This document shows, in pieces, positions 1-14,626 of a DNA stretch of 64,000 nucleotides; position 1 is the first letter of the stretch; each line of letters starts with the position of its first letter. Source of the stretch: Camelus dromedarius (Eukaryota); NCBI RefSeq assembly GCF_036321535.1, contig NC_087472.1:92630001-92694000 (forward strand), in the 5' to 3' direction. The position numbers and the translations under genes were made by a program. Under the pieces are notes generated by a model that worked only from the letters and a program-made list of their open reading frames with translations, was not told the DNA's origin and made no database searches.

Positions 1-323
1 TTCATATCTTGAAATGCAGTGTTGATTTCAGGGTATTAAATACAAAAAAAGAGATGTACTGATACATATATATTAATAGCTATCTCACTAAGTCAAGTTA
101 AATTCTATTCAATAGGCTGTTTAAAAATAATTTTGAATTCTTTCTCAACTCGAATTATGAGGAATGAAAGTTTTCTAAACATGAATATTAAAGAAAGGGT
201 TGTTTCCTACTTCTTTGCCTATTTATTAATCGACTTTGAACTCTGGGCTTATGTGAGAAAACGAGCCTGAGCTTTTTTTTAATTTAAGAAACAGAACTTT
301 ACTATTATGATTGAGCTTTCTAC

Positions 324-533
324 TTTTTTATTGAAGTATAGTTGATTTACAACATTGTGTTAATTTCTGGTGTATAGCATAGTGATTCAGATATATATAT
401 ACACTCCTTTTTATATTCTTTTTCATTATAGGTTATTAAAAGGTATTGAATATAGCTCCCTGCACTATACAGTAGGACTTTGTCATTTATTTTATATATA
501 GTAGTCAGTATCTGCAAATCCCAAACTCCCAAT
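324..533 (-). mobile_element. L1 3' end, Cetartiodactyla/camelid type
   Basis: ttttttattgaagtatagttgatttacaacattgtgttaatttctggtgtatagcatagtgattcag... the antisense L1 3' UTR signature. Confidence 0.85.
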
Positions 534-3500
534 TAATCATGGCTGAGTTTTAATGACTTGCTTTTTTTTTTTTAACATTCTCTTATAATTCTACACAAGT
601 GAATGGTGTACAGAGCCAAGAATAAGACAAACAAGCTGTCTTGTGAGCAGTATTAAGCTAAGGTGTACATTCTAGGAATAGTAAAAAGGAATATACACAC
701 ACACTGTAAACTACTGCAAAACCACAGAATGGGACCCTCATCCCAAACCTGAGAGAAAAACCAAAGTTACGAAAGTTATTTCAAAACTACTTGGTTACCT
801 TAATAGGATGTGGGAGAAAACCTGGCCGCATAAGAAGGGAACTTTTTGAGATGCTAAAATGAGACAAAAAATCATAAAGAAAAATAAAATCAAAAAATTA
901 AAACCAAAATGGAAGAAAGAAAGATCAAACGAGCAAATTTGTACCACATAAATTACTACAATCTCTCAGGCAAGTAACATGGTAACATCTAGAAATAACA
1001 GGCACATACCCTTTGCCCAAGGAAGTTGGCTACTAGAAATTTATCCCATAGCTATATTCCCATGAATATGCAAAAATGTGTGTAAATGTAAGTGCAATAT
1101 ACCATACTACATAATAACAAAATTTATACACAGCCAACCATTCAATGAATAGTTAATATAGCTATTATGTGGGAAATATATCCATTGTATATATAGAGCA
1201 CATAAAGAAAAATAAGGAAATCTATATGTGCAGAGATAAATCTATATTTTTAGTGAAAAAGAAGCAAGTTTCAGAACAGAATGTTGTGCCAATAAATAAG
1301 GACATATGTCCACGTATGCTTACATAATTTATTGAAGAATAGAGTCTCAACTGCTTACTCCTGGGAAGAAAAATGGTGGCAACAGATGTGGGTGGAAATT
1401 AAGGATGGCTTTTTTTTTAACCATTCTATACTGATGAATTTTTTTAACCAACTAGCATTTATTTATAAAATTTAAAATAGTATTAAAATATGGTCAAAGT
1501 TTCCTTTAAATGATGCTAGATTTAAATATACACTCATAAAAAGTTTTCCTAGATTTATTATGTCACAATAAAAAGACATAAAAATGTATATTGAGTATAG
1601 TTACATAAAATACATATGTATACATATATGTGAACAAATACACAGAGCAAACTTCACAGAACTCTACATACCAAAAGCTATGAAATGAACAGGACTGTGC
1701 CAGAAGGTGGGGTAGGGTGGGTGGAATAAGGTGAAGTGAGGTGTGACCTTTGTGTTTTAGTCTGCTACAGTATTCTGAAATTTTCATTCATAGGGGACAT
1801 GAATTCCTGCATTATTTTTGCAATTTCGTAAAATAAAATTTAAAACCACACTGGTCTGTAGGAATGATTTAAGCTTCTAAAAGCAAAGAGGAGAAAAACT
1901 GTCAAGAAATAAGAGAGATGCAACAATATGAATATGCATAATAGAACTACTGTACATTTAAAATGGTTAAGATGGTAAATTTTATATTATGTGTATTTTT
2001 TCACAATTAAATTTTTTTAAAAAGTGAAAAAGGAGAAATAAAATGACAGAAGTGATGTACAGGAAAAACGAACCAACCTAAGAATTACAGAGGTTTTAGA
2101 ATCATGCAATAACATACTACTGAAAACTTTCCAGGGAAGCAAAAGGATCCAAATCTACATATTTAAGGTTTCCCCATGACCGAAATCAGTGGTTTCCAAA
2201 GGGGGGTCAAGTACATTCCCAGAGGTGTTACTGATCAATCCCTTGAAGTCATGGAAGAAAATAGTGGAGGTTCTATTTTCATGTATTTTAATCTCATCTT
2301 CTTGTATATACATTTATTAACTTCTGCACATTATTGATATGATTTATAGATATATTAGGAGAGCAAGACATAGGCATAATTCATAAACAAATACACATAT
2401 ACTAGGGGCACAGTTAGAAGGAATAGATGATGTAAAACATTTGAAGATCACCCTTTAAGGCAACACTTACGAGAGGAAGCCATGAATAGACATATTCTGG
2501 CCAAAAATTTAAAAGACAAACACAAAGAAAAGCAAAAACAAAAAAGACTTCAGGAAAAAAAAAAAAAAAGCAAGTAATGTGCAAAAGAATACAAGTCCAA
2601 ATTGCCCTCATTTTCCTCTGCAACATTAAAAGTCAAATAATGCTGAAGCAGTGCCTGCAGATTTTTTCAGAGAGAACTGTTGTGATTCAATGATTGTATT
2701 TCCAGCCAAGAAATTACAGAAGAGGAATATATGCTCTGATTTACAACATCTTAGAAAATATATTACCCATGTATTGCTCTTGAAAAAAAATACTTGAAAG
2801 AGTAATCCAAATAACCGAGGGAGTTATCAAAATTATGGATCAAAAAACATATTGTATAAAGTTGATGGTAACTAATGAAGCCAAAAAACTATGTATAAAA
2901 TTAAAATAAACTGTAATCTTTGGGAGAAAAAAAATTTACAAAAGGTCTCAATATCAGGAATCTGGGTCTTAAATGTCAAACTCTGCTACCTAAAACTTAG
3001 AAATGGGGGATTTGAGGAGAAAGGAAAATTATCTAAAAATACAGAGGTACTGCCAGGAAAAGAAGGTAAAGATAAGGAAAACTGGAGTTTTTATTTTAAA
3101 GACATAAAAACCTTCATTATCACTAAGGACTGTATATTCATAATGTGTAGGTCTATTAGAAATCAAAGCATTGCTAGCTAACTTTATATGAAGCTCAGTT
3201 ATTACAATGCTTACATTTTCCAATATAGAACTAGTTTATAGACATCAAAACTGAATTTTTCTTCCCAAAGAATTTCATCACAGCAAAATATTTGACACTC
3301 CTAAATTTCAGAAAAGAAAAAAATATCTTACTATGCCATTTCAAAACTCTCCTTTGTCTCAAGGGATAAAATAACGTTAACATGTGGATGTGGACAATTT
3401 AGGCTTTCTGAAAGTAATAGTAACATCTTATAGTAGAAATATAGGATAGAAACATCTAGTTTATGCTTTGGCTGAAGCAAATGTCTACATGAGTAGAAAT

Positions 3501-3546
3501 AACTGTAAGGTTTTCTCAGAAAAACAGAAACTATATCTATCTAAAT

Positions 3547-3772
3547 CAATGGGTCTCAAAAGGTAGCAATTTTACTTCCCAGGGGAAATTTGGCAATATA
3601 TGGAGACATTTTTGGTTGTCACAGTTGCAGGGGGTGTGGTGGTGGGGGTGGCTGGCATCTAGTCAATAGATGCCAGGGAGGTTAATAATCATCCTACAAT
3701 GCACTGGGTAGCTCTCTACAACAAAGAACTATCAGCTCAAAATGTAAGTAGTGCTGACGTTGTATAACCCTG
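3547..3772. mobile_element. MER20-like hAT-Charlie DNA element
   Basis: cccaggggaaatttggcaatatatggagacatttttggttgtcac...ggcatctagt...catcctacaatgcac, recognised from memory of the consensus. Confidence 0.8.
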
Positions 3773-5823
3773 TTCTAGACAGAAGAATATATTTTCAGTG
3801 TTTTCTATATCTCTATTATAAATATATGTGTTTTTGTGCATGCACAGGAATAACTCCAAGGATAATATACCTTGCGGAGAGAAAGTCATTTTTTATTATT
3901 CTAGTTAGCAGTAAAAATGACTGCTACACTTACTAAATATAACTAAATTGTTATTTAATCCCTATCGACATTATCTATTAAGCTGTTCTCCAGTGTATAA
4001 AGGGAATAAAAAGTTTGATAACTTTGAGTGGATTTTAAATGGCCCCAAAAGATTTAAGTTTTCAGAAATAAGATTGGGCTCAAAATGGAAGTCGAAATAG
4101 TACCCTATTAAATTATTTTTTTAAAATTCAAACTGAGGCATTTGAGTAAAACCTGAAAACATAAGGAGATTTAGATGTGAGTCATCTAAATGCACTGGAA
4201 ACAAAATCAAGAAGATAATGAAACAGGATGGCAGGCGTTAGGAACACAGGAGCAGTGAATGATGCAGTCAGTCAGAACACTTGCAGAGGCAAGAGGCCAA
4301 AAAACCAAACCAAACCAAAACAAAACAAACAAAAAAACCTGGCTAGAGTTTACACTTAGACTTTATTGAGTATTTAAATGCTGTGCCAAAGCAATCACAA
4401 ATAATCTGGGGGCAATGAAAAGTCATTTGGATAATAAAATCAGTCATGAAAAAAGCTCTCCAAACTTCCTTTACAGTTATCTTTAGATTCCATTCCAACT
4501 ACGCTAATTGTGGTGTGTTTGCTACTGCTGTGTGGTCCCTATGAGAATAAGAACAGAACCAAATGAGCATGGACAAGAAAAACACGAAATACTTTCATGG
4601 TATTCATGGTGGACTCGAACTCTTCCCCATTTCCTATAAAATGCAGAAAATCAAACCAGTAATTCAAAAATTGAGGAAAAGACAGAGCAAATGAATAATT
4701 ATAATATTAAAAGTTAAATGTATCTAGAGGATAGATGCCAATGATCCAATGTATATATCACAGAATTGTTTCTGCAGAAGGCAAAAAAGGATTGAATGAT
4801 TCTCATATAAATAAATGAGAAAAAGAACCGCTGATGGATAACTCAACAGGCACCCTGAATTTCAGACAAGTAAAATATTAACAAACAAACAACCATATCA
4901 ATAGAAAGGCATACTCTATTTTTAACATTTCTAACATGAAAAATCTTAATATTTAAAAAATGTGACATTAATGTCCTTAATATATAAACAATTCTTATAG
5001 ATCAATAAGAAAAACATGAATAAAAATACATAAAGAACATAAAACTGAATTCTATTTAACAGAAACACATTTCCATTAAACATGAAAATATGGTAAAATT
5101 CAAGTGAACTATTTATTAATGTCATTAGGAATTATTAGCAAAATACTACTTTTTACCTGTCTAATTGACAAATGCTAAAATTATATTGGTGATAATAAAA
5201 TGAGACACTTTCTTATGATACTGGTATATATAGGTGGGTACAACTTTTGTGAAAGGATATTTGACAAGAATTAAGGGTATTAACTACATTCCAAGGAATT
5301 TTCTCTCATAATTAGGGATCCATGCAAAGATTTATATCTGAGGATAGTCATCACATTATTATTTATAATAGGGAAAATCATAAAAATATATCACTAATAT
5401 GAAACACTATGTGCCATTATAAACAAAGTTCTTAAATTATTTAAGTATATTAAAGAAAGTTTGCTGGCATGTAAGAAAGAGCAGGCTATGAATAGTTACT
5501 TTAAAGTGATCCAAATTTTTTTAAAAAGAGAAAAATATACTCAGAGAAAAAGATTTAGAAAGATAGAAAAAGTCAATATTCAAAATCTCTCAGTAGTAAG
5601 ATTATGACTGATTTTTGTTTATTTGTCCTTACTTTTCCATTACAAAAATGATGCTGCATTCCCTTATAGTTACAGTATGCTGATTGCCATGTATCTTTAT
5701 CAACATGAAAGAGGAAAATATAGGTTAATTTTCTAAGCTGAAAACATTTACATGCAGACTCTTCTCTGCAACAGAGAAAGACAAATGATAGTAAACAACA
5801 TTTATGTTCATGTTCCCATCTTA

Positions 5824-5871
5824 TTACTTGACAGACTTCTTAAACCACTTTTGCCATTTTTCTTCATCATC
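5824..5871 (-). pseudogene. Probable terminal coding exon remnant
   Basis: aatttctag|DDEEKWQKWFKKSVK*; 87-nt intron upstream; resembles the DEPDC C-terminal 'ek.k.l.qF.k' helix. Confidence 0.55.
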
Positions 5872-5958
5872 CTAGAAATTACTTTTGGCCTCTTCTACTA
5901 CTCATCACTTTTTCTCCTTTATTTCTAAGGCACAAAGCACAGACACTATGTAGCTTAC

Positions 5959-6054
5959 TTTTTCCTGGTATGAATTTGGAAGCATGTCCATAGAACTTTG
6001 CAAAGAGAAGTTATTATCCAACAAGTTATACACATTCAGGCTTTGAATCATACC
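5959..6054 (-). pseudogene. Penultimate pseudo-exon (acceptor appears mutated)
   Basis: Open 32 codons GMIQSLNVYNLLDNNFSLQSSMDMLPNSYQEK|gtaagc; the preceding pyrimidine tract ends ...cctatg instead of AG. Confidence 0.55.
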
Positions 6055-7231
6055 CATAGGAAATGAAAAGACACTTAAATAATGACAAAAAAGTTGTCAC
6101 TCAAATTCACACTCCACAAAAATCAGTGATATACTAACAAAAAACAATTAATGAAGAAAAATTTTTAAAAAAGAATTAATGAATTAACAATAGTTTTGTA
6201 GAAAATAGGAATGAGCACTGAAACCAATAAAAGACATAAGAATGGGTAAAATACATGCAAATAATGGTTATATATTTAACAAGAATAAATATATAATTAT
6301 AAAATAAAAGTTACACATTTTAAAAGAAAGGGAGGATTAAAATAAAAAAGGTATTTAAGTTTCAGTTACACTTAATGGAGATTTAAAATGAAATGTCAGG
6401 TGGGAAATAACAATAACCAATTTAAAACTAAATTAAACTACATGAAATTGTCATTCTTATAGATCACAATCAAATGGATGTTAACAATTCCAAATGATTC
6501 CAACTAATGTTTCTGAAGTCCTAGCCTATGAGATAAATGTCCAAGATGTGTGAATTGCTATAATAAAGATCTAAAGTGAATGTAACACAAGTTGACTACT
6601 TTCCAAACAATCATAAAAGAAGGAGAAAACACAATTCACCAAGCACAACAAAAAATAGCACAAAGTTGGAAGTCAGGGTTTACTATCCCAATTTCATTGT
6701 TAAAATCTCTCTCATACATGAAGAAATCATTTCAACTACAGAGATCTTTCATTTTCCCAATGTAATTCATCCCTGTCATGTGTTGGAAATTTGGGGTCAG
6801 TGGAAGTCTGTATTTCATTATTTTAGACAATAAAAACAATAATGCCTACTCAGATCATCCAAAAGCCTCAATCAATTTTTTAAAATATCACACACACTTC
6901 TTAACACCTACGTAACGGTCCACCAAGGATTTCTGCATAATATAGAACATTTTAAAAATCAACTATATACTTAACATCATTAATAAGCTAATGTTTAAAA
7001 TGTTAATGCATTCATTAGTATTTAAGCATGGCATAGAATGTCAGAATGCAGTTTCAGTGCAATGATTATATATGATAATGTAAATCAACCAAGAAAATAC
7101 ATGAATGCAGGTAAATAAGGATATGTGAATGGGAAATGCTTATGTTTTTATTGCATTTCTTTCAATATGCTTTATCACTTTCAATGTTTATTTGTTATGT
7201 ATGGGCATTTTTACACTTCTTAGGCACTTAC

Positions 7232-7538
7232 TTTCTTCATAATCTTTTCCACTTTCTTGGAAGATGTTTTCTCAATATCTTTGTAGGGAAGGTGACAACA
7301 AGATTGTATATGTTTAAATAATATGAGCATGACATGTTAAAAAACTGGTGAAATGGTGAGATGTTACTGCAGACACAGTACATTCTTTCTTCCGGACTAA
7401 CAGGCAACTCAAATATTTCTGTTGGGCAGTGGGTGAGAATGTATTATAGCAGGTTATTGATTTGGATTTCGGATAAATATTTTTGCAGATCATTATATTC
7501 AATACTCAGAGATGGAGATTTCAGGCAGCAATAGATAT
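7232..7538 (-). pseudogene. Pseudo-exon (RhoGAP-like C-terminal helix and tail)
   Basis: ttttttaaag|...AAGAAA|gtaagt; DIYCCLKSPSLSIEYNDLQKYLSEIQINNLL*YILTHCPTEIFELPVSPEE... then a frameshift to SCCHLPYKDIEKTSSKKVEKIMKK. LL.YILTHC.EIFELP parallels LVLFLMDHQKDVFKIP. Confidence 0.7.
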
Positions 7539-10500
7539 CTTTAAAAAATTAAAATTTAATAATATTCAAGTAAAAAACCTACAATTTAAACATTCTGCAA
7601 ATGTATGGATATGTAAATTTGGTTAATATATTCACAGAAACATCACATAATTTATAAGACCTCCTCTTTGAGAAACATATCATACTTGAGAAAAATAAAG
7701 TGGAAGTAATTCAGTCACACATAGTACCACAAAATCTCAGAGGTAGAAAAAATTTAGAAATTATACAGATGTCTGTCCCTCTCTTTTATTCTAAAGAGGT
7801 AAAATGATACTTGAAATTTCAATAAAAATGGAACAGAGTTGGAATTCAAACCCCTCATTTGCTGACTCCATGTCGGTGCTCACAAATCTTGTAACATGAA
7901 AGAAACTATATGAAACCATTGGCCTACCTAAATTTCCAAATGTTGACATTTTCAGGGGTTTGAAAATAAGTAACACTGAAATTCAACTTCTATACCATGT
8001 CAATTGCAATTTTCTAGTTGTTAGTAATTGACAGCTATCGATGCTTGAGAATTTGAACATCTACATATAATCAAAATATTTGAGTTAAGAGAATTATCTA
8101 TACAAAAGGTACTATACAAACATAACCAATTTTCTTAAGTATTAGTTAAATGTAATAACAAAACTTCATCTGACATAATTCAATCTCTCTTTTATGATTC
8201 ATGAGGTACTTTCAGATCTTGAGATAATTTAATGTCAATTATTTTAAATATTGCTTTCTTTAATCCACATATGGGTGTAAACTGTCAGTTGACAGTCTGT
8301 TGTCTTGAATGAACTCAAAATGCATATATTTCCTGAAGATGTACTTTCAAAATAACTGACTTTAATGGTCTGGCATTAAAAATAAACTTTTTTCCTAAAA
8401 TGGAAGATTTGAGCTCCAGTGGTGTATATCGAAAAAAATAGTTTTAATATATGAAGGTGGAATCAGATTAGTATAATGCTTTTGTTAATGAGTACTAAAA
8501 AGCTCAGGAGAACTTCACTTCTGGCATCAGCTTTTCTTCCCAACATCTATTCCAATTTCCTCATTTACTTATTCTTACTTTGTATTGTGTGTATTATTAT
8601 AAGCAACCTGAAATCCTTTCGGGAGCATGGCAGAAATATATAGTCAAGTAAGCAGTAAAAATCATAAGTGAATGCACATTTTCTTTGGTCCAAGTTCAGA
8701 AATATCTACTACTCTAAAGAAGTGATCCTATATCAAATGAAATAAAACATTATCAGTTTGGTCATCCCAGTGTTGGTATAACTGCATGCCATCCAGATTA
8801 AGAAATTTAAATCCTATTTCTTCTCCCAGGGAAATCTATTAAAACATGACTAGGTATCTGATTAGCCAAATAGTTGTAATATAAATTATTATAAGATTTT
8901 TGAACATAACTGAAATTTTGCACATAAAAGTTTAATAGATTTGGATGGTCCTTGTATTATTCATAATACGGAAATATCACCAATTTCACATAACTGGCTG
9001 CTATATTCCGTACTCAAGAGTCCACATTAAATACAAATGAGCTTTACTGAACAATTCAATATGCCCACACTATAGTTTTCTTGAAGTATTAAAGCATTAT
9101 TTCAATTTTTATAAGAAAAATGAAAATTTGTTAAATGGACCAAGTTTTCAAGGAATTAAACCATAGTAATTGCCTGTCATTATATAAAACTATTGACAGT
9201 TCTAGTAAAACTATATCCAATTTTATCATGACCCTTGTTTGATTCTGCTACAAACACATCTATGCATATATTCCTGTTAATACCCAGTAGAAGCCAAAAT
9301 AAAATGGAGAGAGATGTCATTATATTGAAGGTCTGCCTTTGTTTATCTTTTTTTTAACAACACTAAGTGTATTTTATTCTAAGGATGTGAGCCCCTACAT
9401 GTTTCCATGAATAGTTTTCCTTTTTATTCAAGACGGTTGGAGTAAAAAAGAATGGTTTTATTTCTTCATGTCAAATATGTCAATATTAGTTCCCTTGTTT
9501 TTAGTGACATTAGCAAATTGAATTCCCTAGTATGCAACCTGTGTTTTCTCCAATTGGAAAAATTTACAAAAATAGTAAATTTATAAACACATTGGGTTAG
9601 ATGAGAAAATGTGCATTCTGTATTTCTAATTATTTTCTTAGTGGTCAATGGCAGAAGGCTGGCCTACTGAAGGAAAAGCATTTCCTAAGGTTTTAAGTGG
9701 ACTATAAAGGTTAAAAAAATAAAAATTTCAGGTTGTATGGATGTTACACTTAAAAAATCTAGTTATGTACACATATAACCCTGTAATTCCTAAAGTTAAG
9801 TTTTGAAACTTCCTGTTAAGTATTCTAAATTCCAGATTTCCTTTAATTCCTTGCTTTTGAAGACACATCAAAATCTAGAATATGCACCAACTTATTAAAT
9901 GCCAGACTTAACCAAAAAATATAAATTTTTGGAAATATGTTTTAGCTTTAAATAATTCTTAAATATATTAATAGTGAAAATGAAAATTTTCAGTTTTTAT
10001 TTGTAGTCTTGATGTAAAATTAAGGCAAATGAAAGCTTGCAGGGGGAAATTTCTGATATTTTATTTCTTGTAGCTATAGCATAGCCGTTGTGCACAGGTG
10101 TTTTTGATTTGGTCTCCAGGGCCTGAATCTGCATCCTGGCTCTAACACTTAATGGCCTTCAACTTTGAGAAAGTTATTTAATCTGTGCTTCAGTTTATTC
10201 ATCTGTATAATGTAAACAATAATAGTACTGAGCTCATGATGCTTCAGGAAAAGATACATAAACACACTAAAAACATATCGACCAAAATGTACATAGTGTA
10301 TTATTTCTCAAAAGTTTCTAAGAAGTTGTTTAAACATCACAAAACAAAAATGACTGTATTATTCGTGCAAGAATGTTATATTCCATCTTCCACACTTTCC
10401 TCACAATTCTATACATAACTGAAATTATGAGAGGACAAATAAGTTGCCCACAACCGGAGAGTATGTAAGTAGTGTAACTAGGATCCAGTCTCAAATCTCC

Positions 10501-10820
10501 CTGACACCAATTTTATCCTTCTTAACACTTACCATATACTGCCTCCCAGCAGCTCATATAATGCTATTAACAGCTAGTACTAGAATTAGCTGTAGCAATT
10601 AGTATACTTTCTATTCTCTCACAATAAAAAAATTATTTCATTGAATTTCTCCTTTACCATCTAGCGTAACAGAACTCAGATACTCAACTATAGTGAACCA
10701 TACTGTCCTTATCCATTGCACTTTAATACTTTTTCAGTTGCCCTAGAAACTAAAGCAGGATAATTCAATTGAGACTGTAGGACAAGTGATAAAAGTAGAA
10801 TCCCAATTTTTCAAACTTAC

Positions 10821-10963
10821 CACGATATTCACTTTAATGAGACTAAGCAGATAGCAACTCTGTCCCTTAAATATGCAAGTGCATTGTATTTAAATAATTT
10901 TTACTTAGACATTGGCATATTTAATATTCACACTTATCAACAGTAGTCATAAATATTGATAGT
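10821..10963 (-). pseudogene. Pseudo-exon (RhoGAP-like)
   Basis: tatcttatag|...GTG|gtaagt; phase 2->1 fits both neighbours; RLSIFMTTVDKCEY*ICQCLSKNYLN parallels DEPDC7 RLLYFMAVAA...KLQKESDN. Confidence 0.65.
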
Positions 10964-11023
10964 CTATAAGATACTAACTTTTCAAGCACTGATTTTCTAT
11001 AATACAGTAATTATAAAGTTTGT

Positions 11024-11218
11024 TAGTAGTTGGCAAACTTCTGCAAAGAGCCAGAGGGTAAGAATTTTCAGCTTTGCAGGTCATATGGTCTCTGTCAACT
11101 CTATTGTAGCCTGAAAGCAGCCACAGACAACATATCAACGAATGAGGATGAATGTGTTCCAATAAAACTTTATTTTTGTAGCCAGACAGGACCACAGGGC
11201 CTAGTTTGCCAGTCCCTG
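11024..11218. mobile_element. MER58A-like hAT-Charlie element
   Basis: gttggcaaactt...gtgttccaataaaactttattt...gtttgccagtccctg with terminal inverted ends. Confidence 0.8.
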
Positions 11219-11249
11219 ACACAGCCCACTAATACTGTGTTGACAGTCT

Positions 11250-11518
11250 AAATACCTTCACACATATGCCTATCAGTATCTACAAATTTTGAAATCCAGG
11301 CATATGCAGAATAGATAAACAAGATTATACTGTATAGCACAGGGAAATATATACAAGATCTTGTGGTAGCTCACAGGGAAAAAATGTGACAATGAATATA
11401 CGTATGTTCATGCATAACTGAAAAATTGTGCTCTACACTGGAATTTGACACAACATTGTAAAATGACTATAACTCATTAAAAAATGTTTTAAAAAAAGAT
11501 TGAAAATACCTTCACACA
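11250..11518 (+). mobile_element. Short camelid-type L1 3' insertion with 5' inversion and 15-bp TSD
   Basis: TSD aaataccttcacaca at 11250-11264 and 11504-11518; inverted segment 11265-11297; forward L1 3' UTR from 11298. Confidence 0.85.
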
Positions 11519-12740
11519 GACACTGCAAATGAAAACACACAGGCTTATGCAAGTTAAGGAAAGAAAAATACATTTCCCAATTAATTTTTTTGGCAGTTCT
11601 CTCTGAAGAAGTTTCATACAGGATGGGTACACGAAATATAGCCCAAGTAGAGTGGATTTTTTAAAAGGCCATTTTACAGACCATCTGTCACAGTGCTGTT
11701 TACTTGTGTTCACTTCTAACCCAAAGCACTCTGATACTCAATAAAGATCTATTTACCAAAGCCTACTACGGACTAATTATTCCATTCAAATATGTATTAG
11801 TAGTAATGATAACAATAACAACTTCCCTTTAGATATGTGTTGTCACCACATTATTGTTAAGGGTGCCTAATGTTACAGCTGCTTTACATGCACTATCTCA
11901 ACTTCTGATTAACAGTTGAGGTAGACTGATTACTATTCTACCCTCCTTAAAATAAGGAAACTAAACTTCAGTACCATGACCAATGCCACCCAGCAAATAA
12001 GTGTCAGAGTTCAATTCCACACCTCGATTACAACTTGCTGCTTTCTATCTGCATGGCATCCAATCCTCTCTGTTTCCTGAGGATTAGGGAAGGGGGCTCT
12101 GAGTCCAACTCAGGCCAGAAGTAGTAAATTTTTGTCAGAGGCCAGGGGCAGAATGGGTCTGAGGGAGAGCATCAAAAAGAACAAAGTCACCCTTCTGAGA
12201 TCTGAGAGGGTGAGTAGACCCAATGAAACTATGTACTCAGAAGGAAGGTCTTTATTAGTTTTAGAAAAATTAAATTAAAAAAGTAAATCTGTTAAATAAT
12301 TTTAAAAACTTTTTAAAAAACAAGATGCTGAACTGCAACTGAATTTCTCATTCCCACTCGACCCTAAGCAGTCATTACAAAGCCTACAGTTGTCTGTAGG
12401 CCATAATAGCGGATGCTAGTCAGAAGTCATATTTCTTGTATAGATCAGTCTTTTGCAGTTAACTACAAGCCGATTAACCCTGGCTATTAATTACTCAATG
12501 CCTCCTAGTTCTCAATAAGAAGTGTGGTGGTGGAGGAAACACTTAGAGCCAGTTTAATGTTGCAGCCATGTTCTCTTGCTATAATGTCCTTCTACCCATT
12601 TTTCCGTTTCCAAACCCTGACTCACTCTTCAGTTTCCATCACCAATGCTAAATTCCTTAAGCCTTCTCTGAGCATCAAAAATAAATGTGATTTTTCCACA
12701 TTCTTACCAAGGATAGTTTTCTTATTTCCTATGAGAAGTG

Positions 12741-13150
12741 CAGTCATTCATCTTTCAGTAACAAAGGGGGTTGGTTCCAGGCCTCATGCTCCCTCTGCCG
12801 CTCAATATACCAAAATCTGTGGATGCTCAAGTCCCTTGTATAAAACGGCACAGTATTTGCACATAACCTATGCACATCCTCCCTTATACTTTAAATCATC
12901 TCCAGATTACTTAAAATAACCAATACAAGGTAAATGCTATGTAAATCATTGTCAGCAAGCAGCAAGTTCAAGTTTTGCTTTTTGAAACTGTCTGGAACTT
13001 TTTCCCCTGAATAGTTCCAGTCCATGGGTGGTTGAATCTGCAAATTGGAAACCCAGAGATACAGAGAGCCTACCGTAAAGGTACAGGTGGATTTCTGAAT
13101 GTCTGGGGGTTGGTGCCTCGAACCCCCACATTGTTCAAGGGTCAACTGTA
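12741..13150. mobile_element. MER2/Tigger2-derived element followed by a Tigger1-type 3' end
   Basis: aaaatctgtggatgctcaagtccct...tttaaatcatctccagattactt; ends ...ttgttcaagggtcaactgta. Confidence 0.75.
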
Positions 13151-14553
13151 CTTATAAACACAGGTGTGATTGACCTATTGCTTCCACTGAACAGTAAGTT
13201 TTTGGAGGGCTTTCTGAGACAATGGGCCATGTTATCCTCATCTTTGTACCTTTACAGTACCTTGCATAACGTAAGCCATTCTGTACACTTCGAATGAGTG
13301 AATAAACTAGTATACCCTTTGGCACGTAGTGAATCAACTCTAATGGAGAATTAAACTTGAGAGTGATGAAAATTAACACCCAACTCCCCAGTAACCTCCT
13401 TAAATGCAGAGTTGTGTACATATGCACACACACATACATGCACACACACAGCCTCAGCATTGTTATGGGACCCTGCTCCTCTCAACACACAAACTTCCTT
13501 TGGTTTGAGATACATAAATCAGGCCAAAAGGGACATTTATATAAGGGAAGTGTATCCAACACTGCACGGTAAGTGACACAGAACAACTTAATCATCTCAG
13601 TTCTGATTCGCCCTTACTTGGCCTACAATTTCAGACACAATTTTTGTCAAAGGCTGTGAGTGCTAATTAGCATTCATTATTTTCCCCTGTTTCTCAGTGT
13701 TCAAAATTGTTACATAGACAATAGAAGTGGCACTGATAAATACTCAGTGAACTGTTCAGGAGGAAAAAGAAAATGTGATAGATACAAGCAAATAGCATTG
13801 TGCTTTTTATTGTTATCATTTCCATGCTCCTTACTACCATCAAACGCTGCAGATCATCAAAATATATGGACACTGTCTTCAAGGAGTATACTTAATTGTA
13901 AGAAATTGAGAGTGGAAATCCTGTCTTACTCATTTTTATGTCCCTAATCTAGCACAGTGCCTTAAACATAATGAGGACCCAATAAATATTGTTTGAGTTG
14001 AAATGGGAAAATCTATTAAATATCGAGTGTTCCAGAATTAACATACTCTGAAAGATAAGTTTATTCTTTTTAATAATAATGGCTAACCCAAAAGCTTACA
14101 AGGTACCAAGAACTCTCCAAAGTGGTTTACATAGGTTATCTCATAATATTTCTCCACATTTTAATTTTCACAATAACAAGTGAGAAAAATGAGGCACTGA
14201 AAACATAAGTAATTTTTTCCATAAATCCATTCAAATGGTTGAGCCAGGATATAAAATACGTCAGCATTATTTCAGAGACCTTACTTTAAATCACTATATT
14301 TTCTTCCCCACCCTTAAAAACTTTCACAAAAGCAATCCTGCTTCATATTAAATAAGGTAAATAAATTATTAAACCTACTGTACATGTAGAGAAAAGAAAG
14401 CATCAAATGACTATGTTACAGATCCATTAGTGAAATCAATCTTTAGAAATTTGGCTCATTTGTTACAACAGATATGAATTAATGATTTGATCTTAACTCT
14501 GATCTAGAATTTTTACTCATACAAACTATGTGTGGATTAAATTAACCATATAC

Positions 14554-14626
14554 CTCATAATATATCAAATCTCATTTAGCATGCTATCTGTGTTTATATC
14601 ACAGTGTCAGTTATTCATAAACATTC
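14554..14626 (-). pseudogene. Pseudo-exon (RhoGAP-like)
   Basis: Weak acceptor aatgag|...GAG|gtatat; phase 1->2; GMFMNN*HCDINTDSMLNEI*YIMR (both stops TGA). Confidence 0.5.

Noticed and set aside
8281..8296. Near-palindrome actgtcagttgacagt (a similar cluster is at about 39524-39551)
   Set aside because: Too short to distinguish from chance without conservation data.
10866..10904. Apparent intron splitting exon 10821-10963
   Set aside because: About 39 nt is too short for a spliceosomal intron, and a single exon keeps the phase correct.
12524..12919. 131-aa + strand ORF
   Set aside because: Runs into a MER2/Tigger element; a chance ORF.
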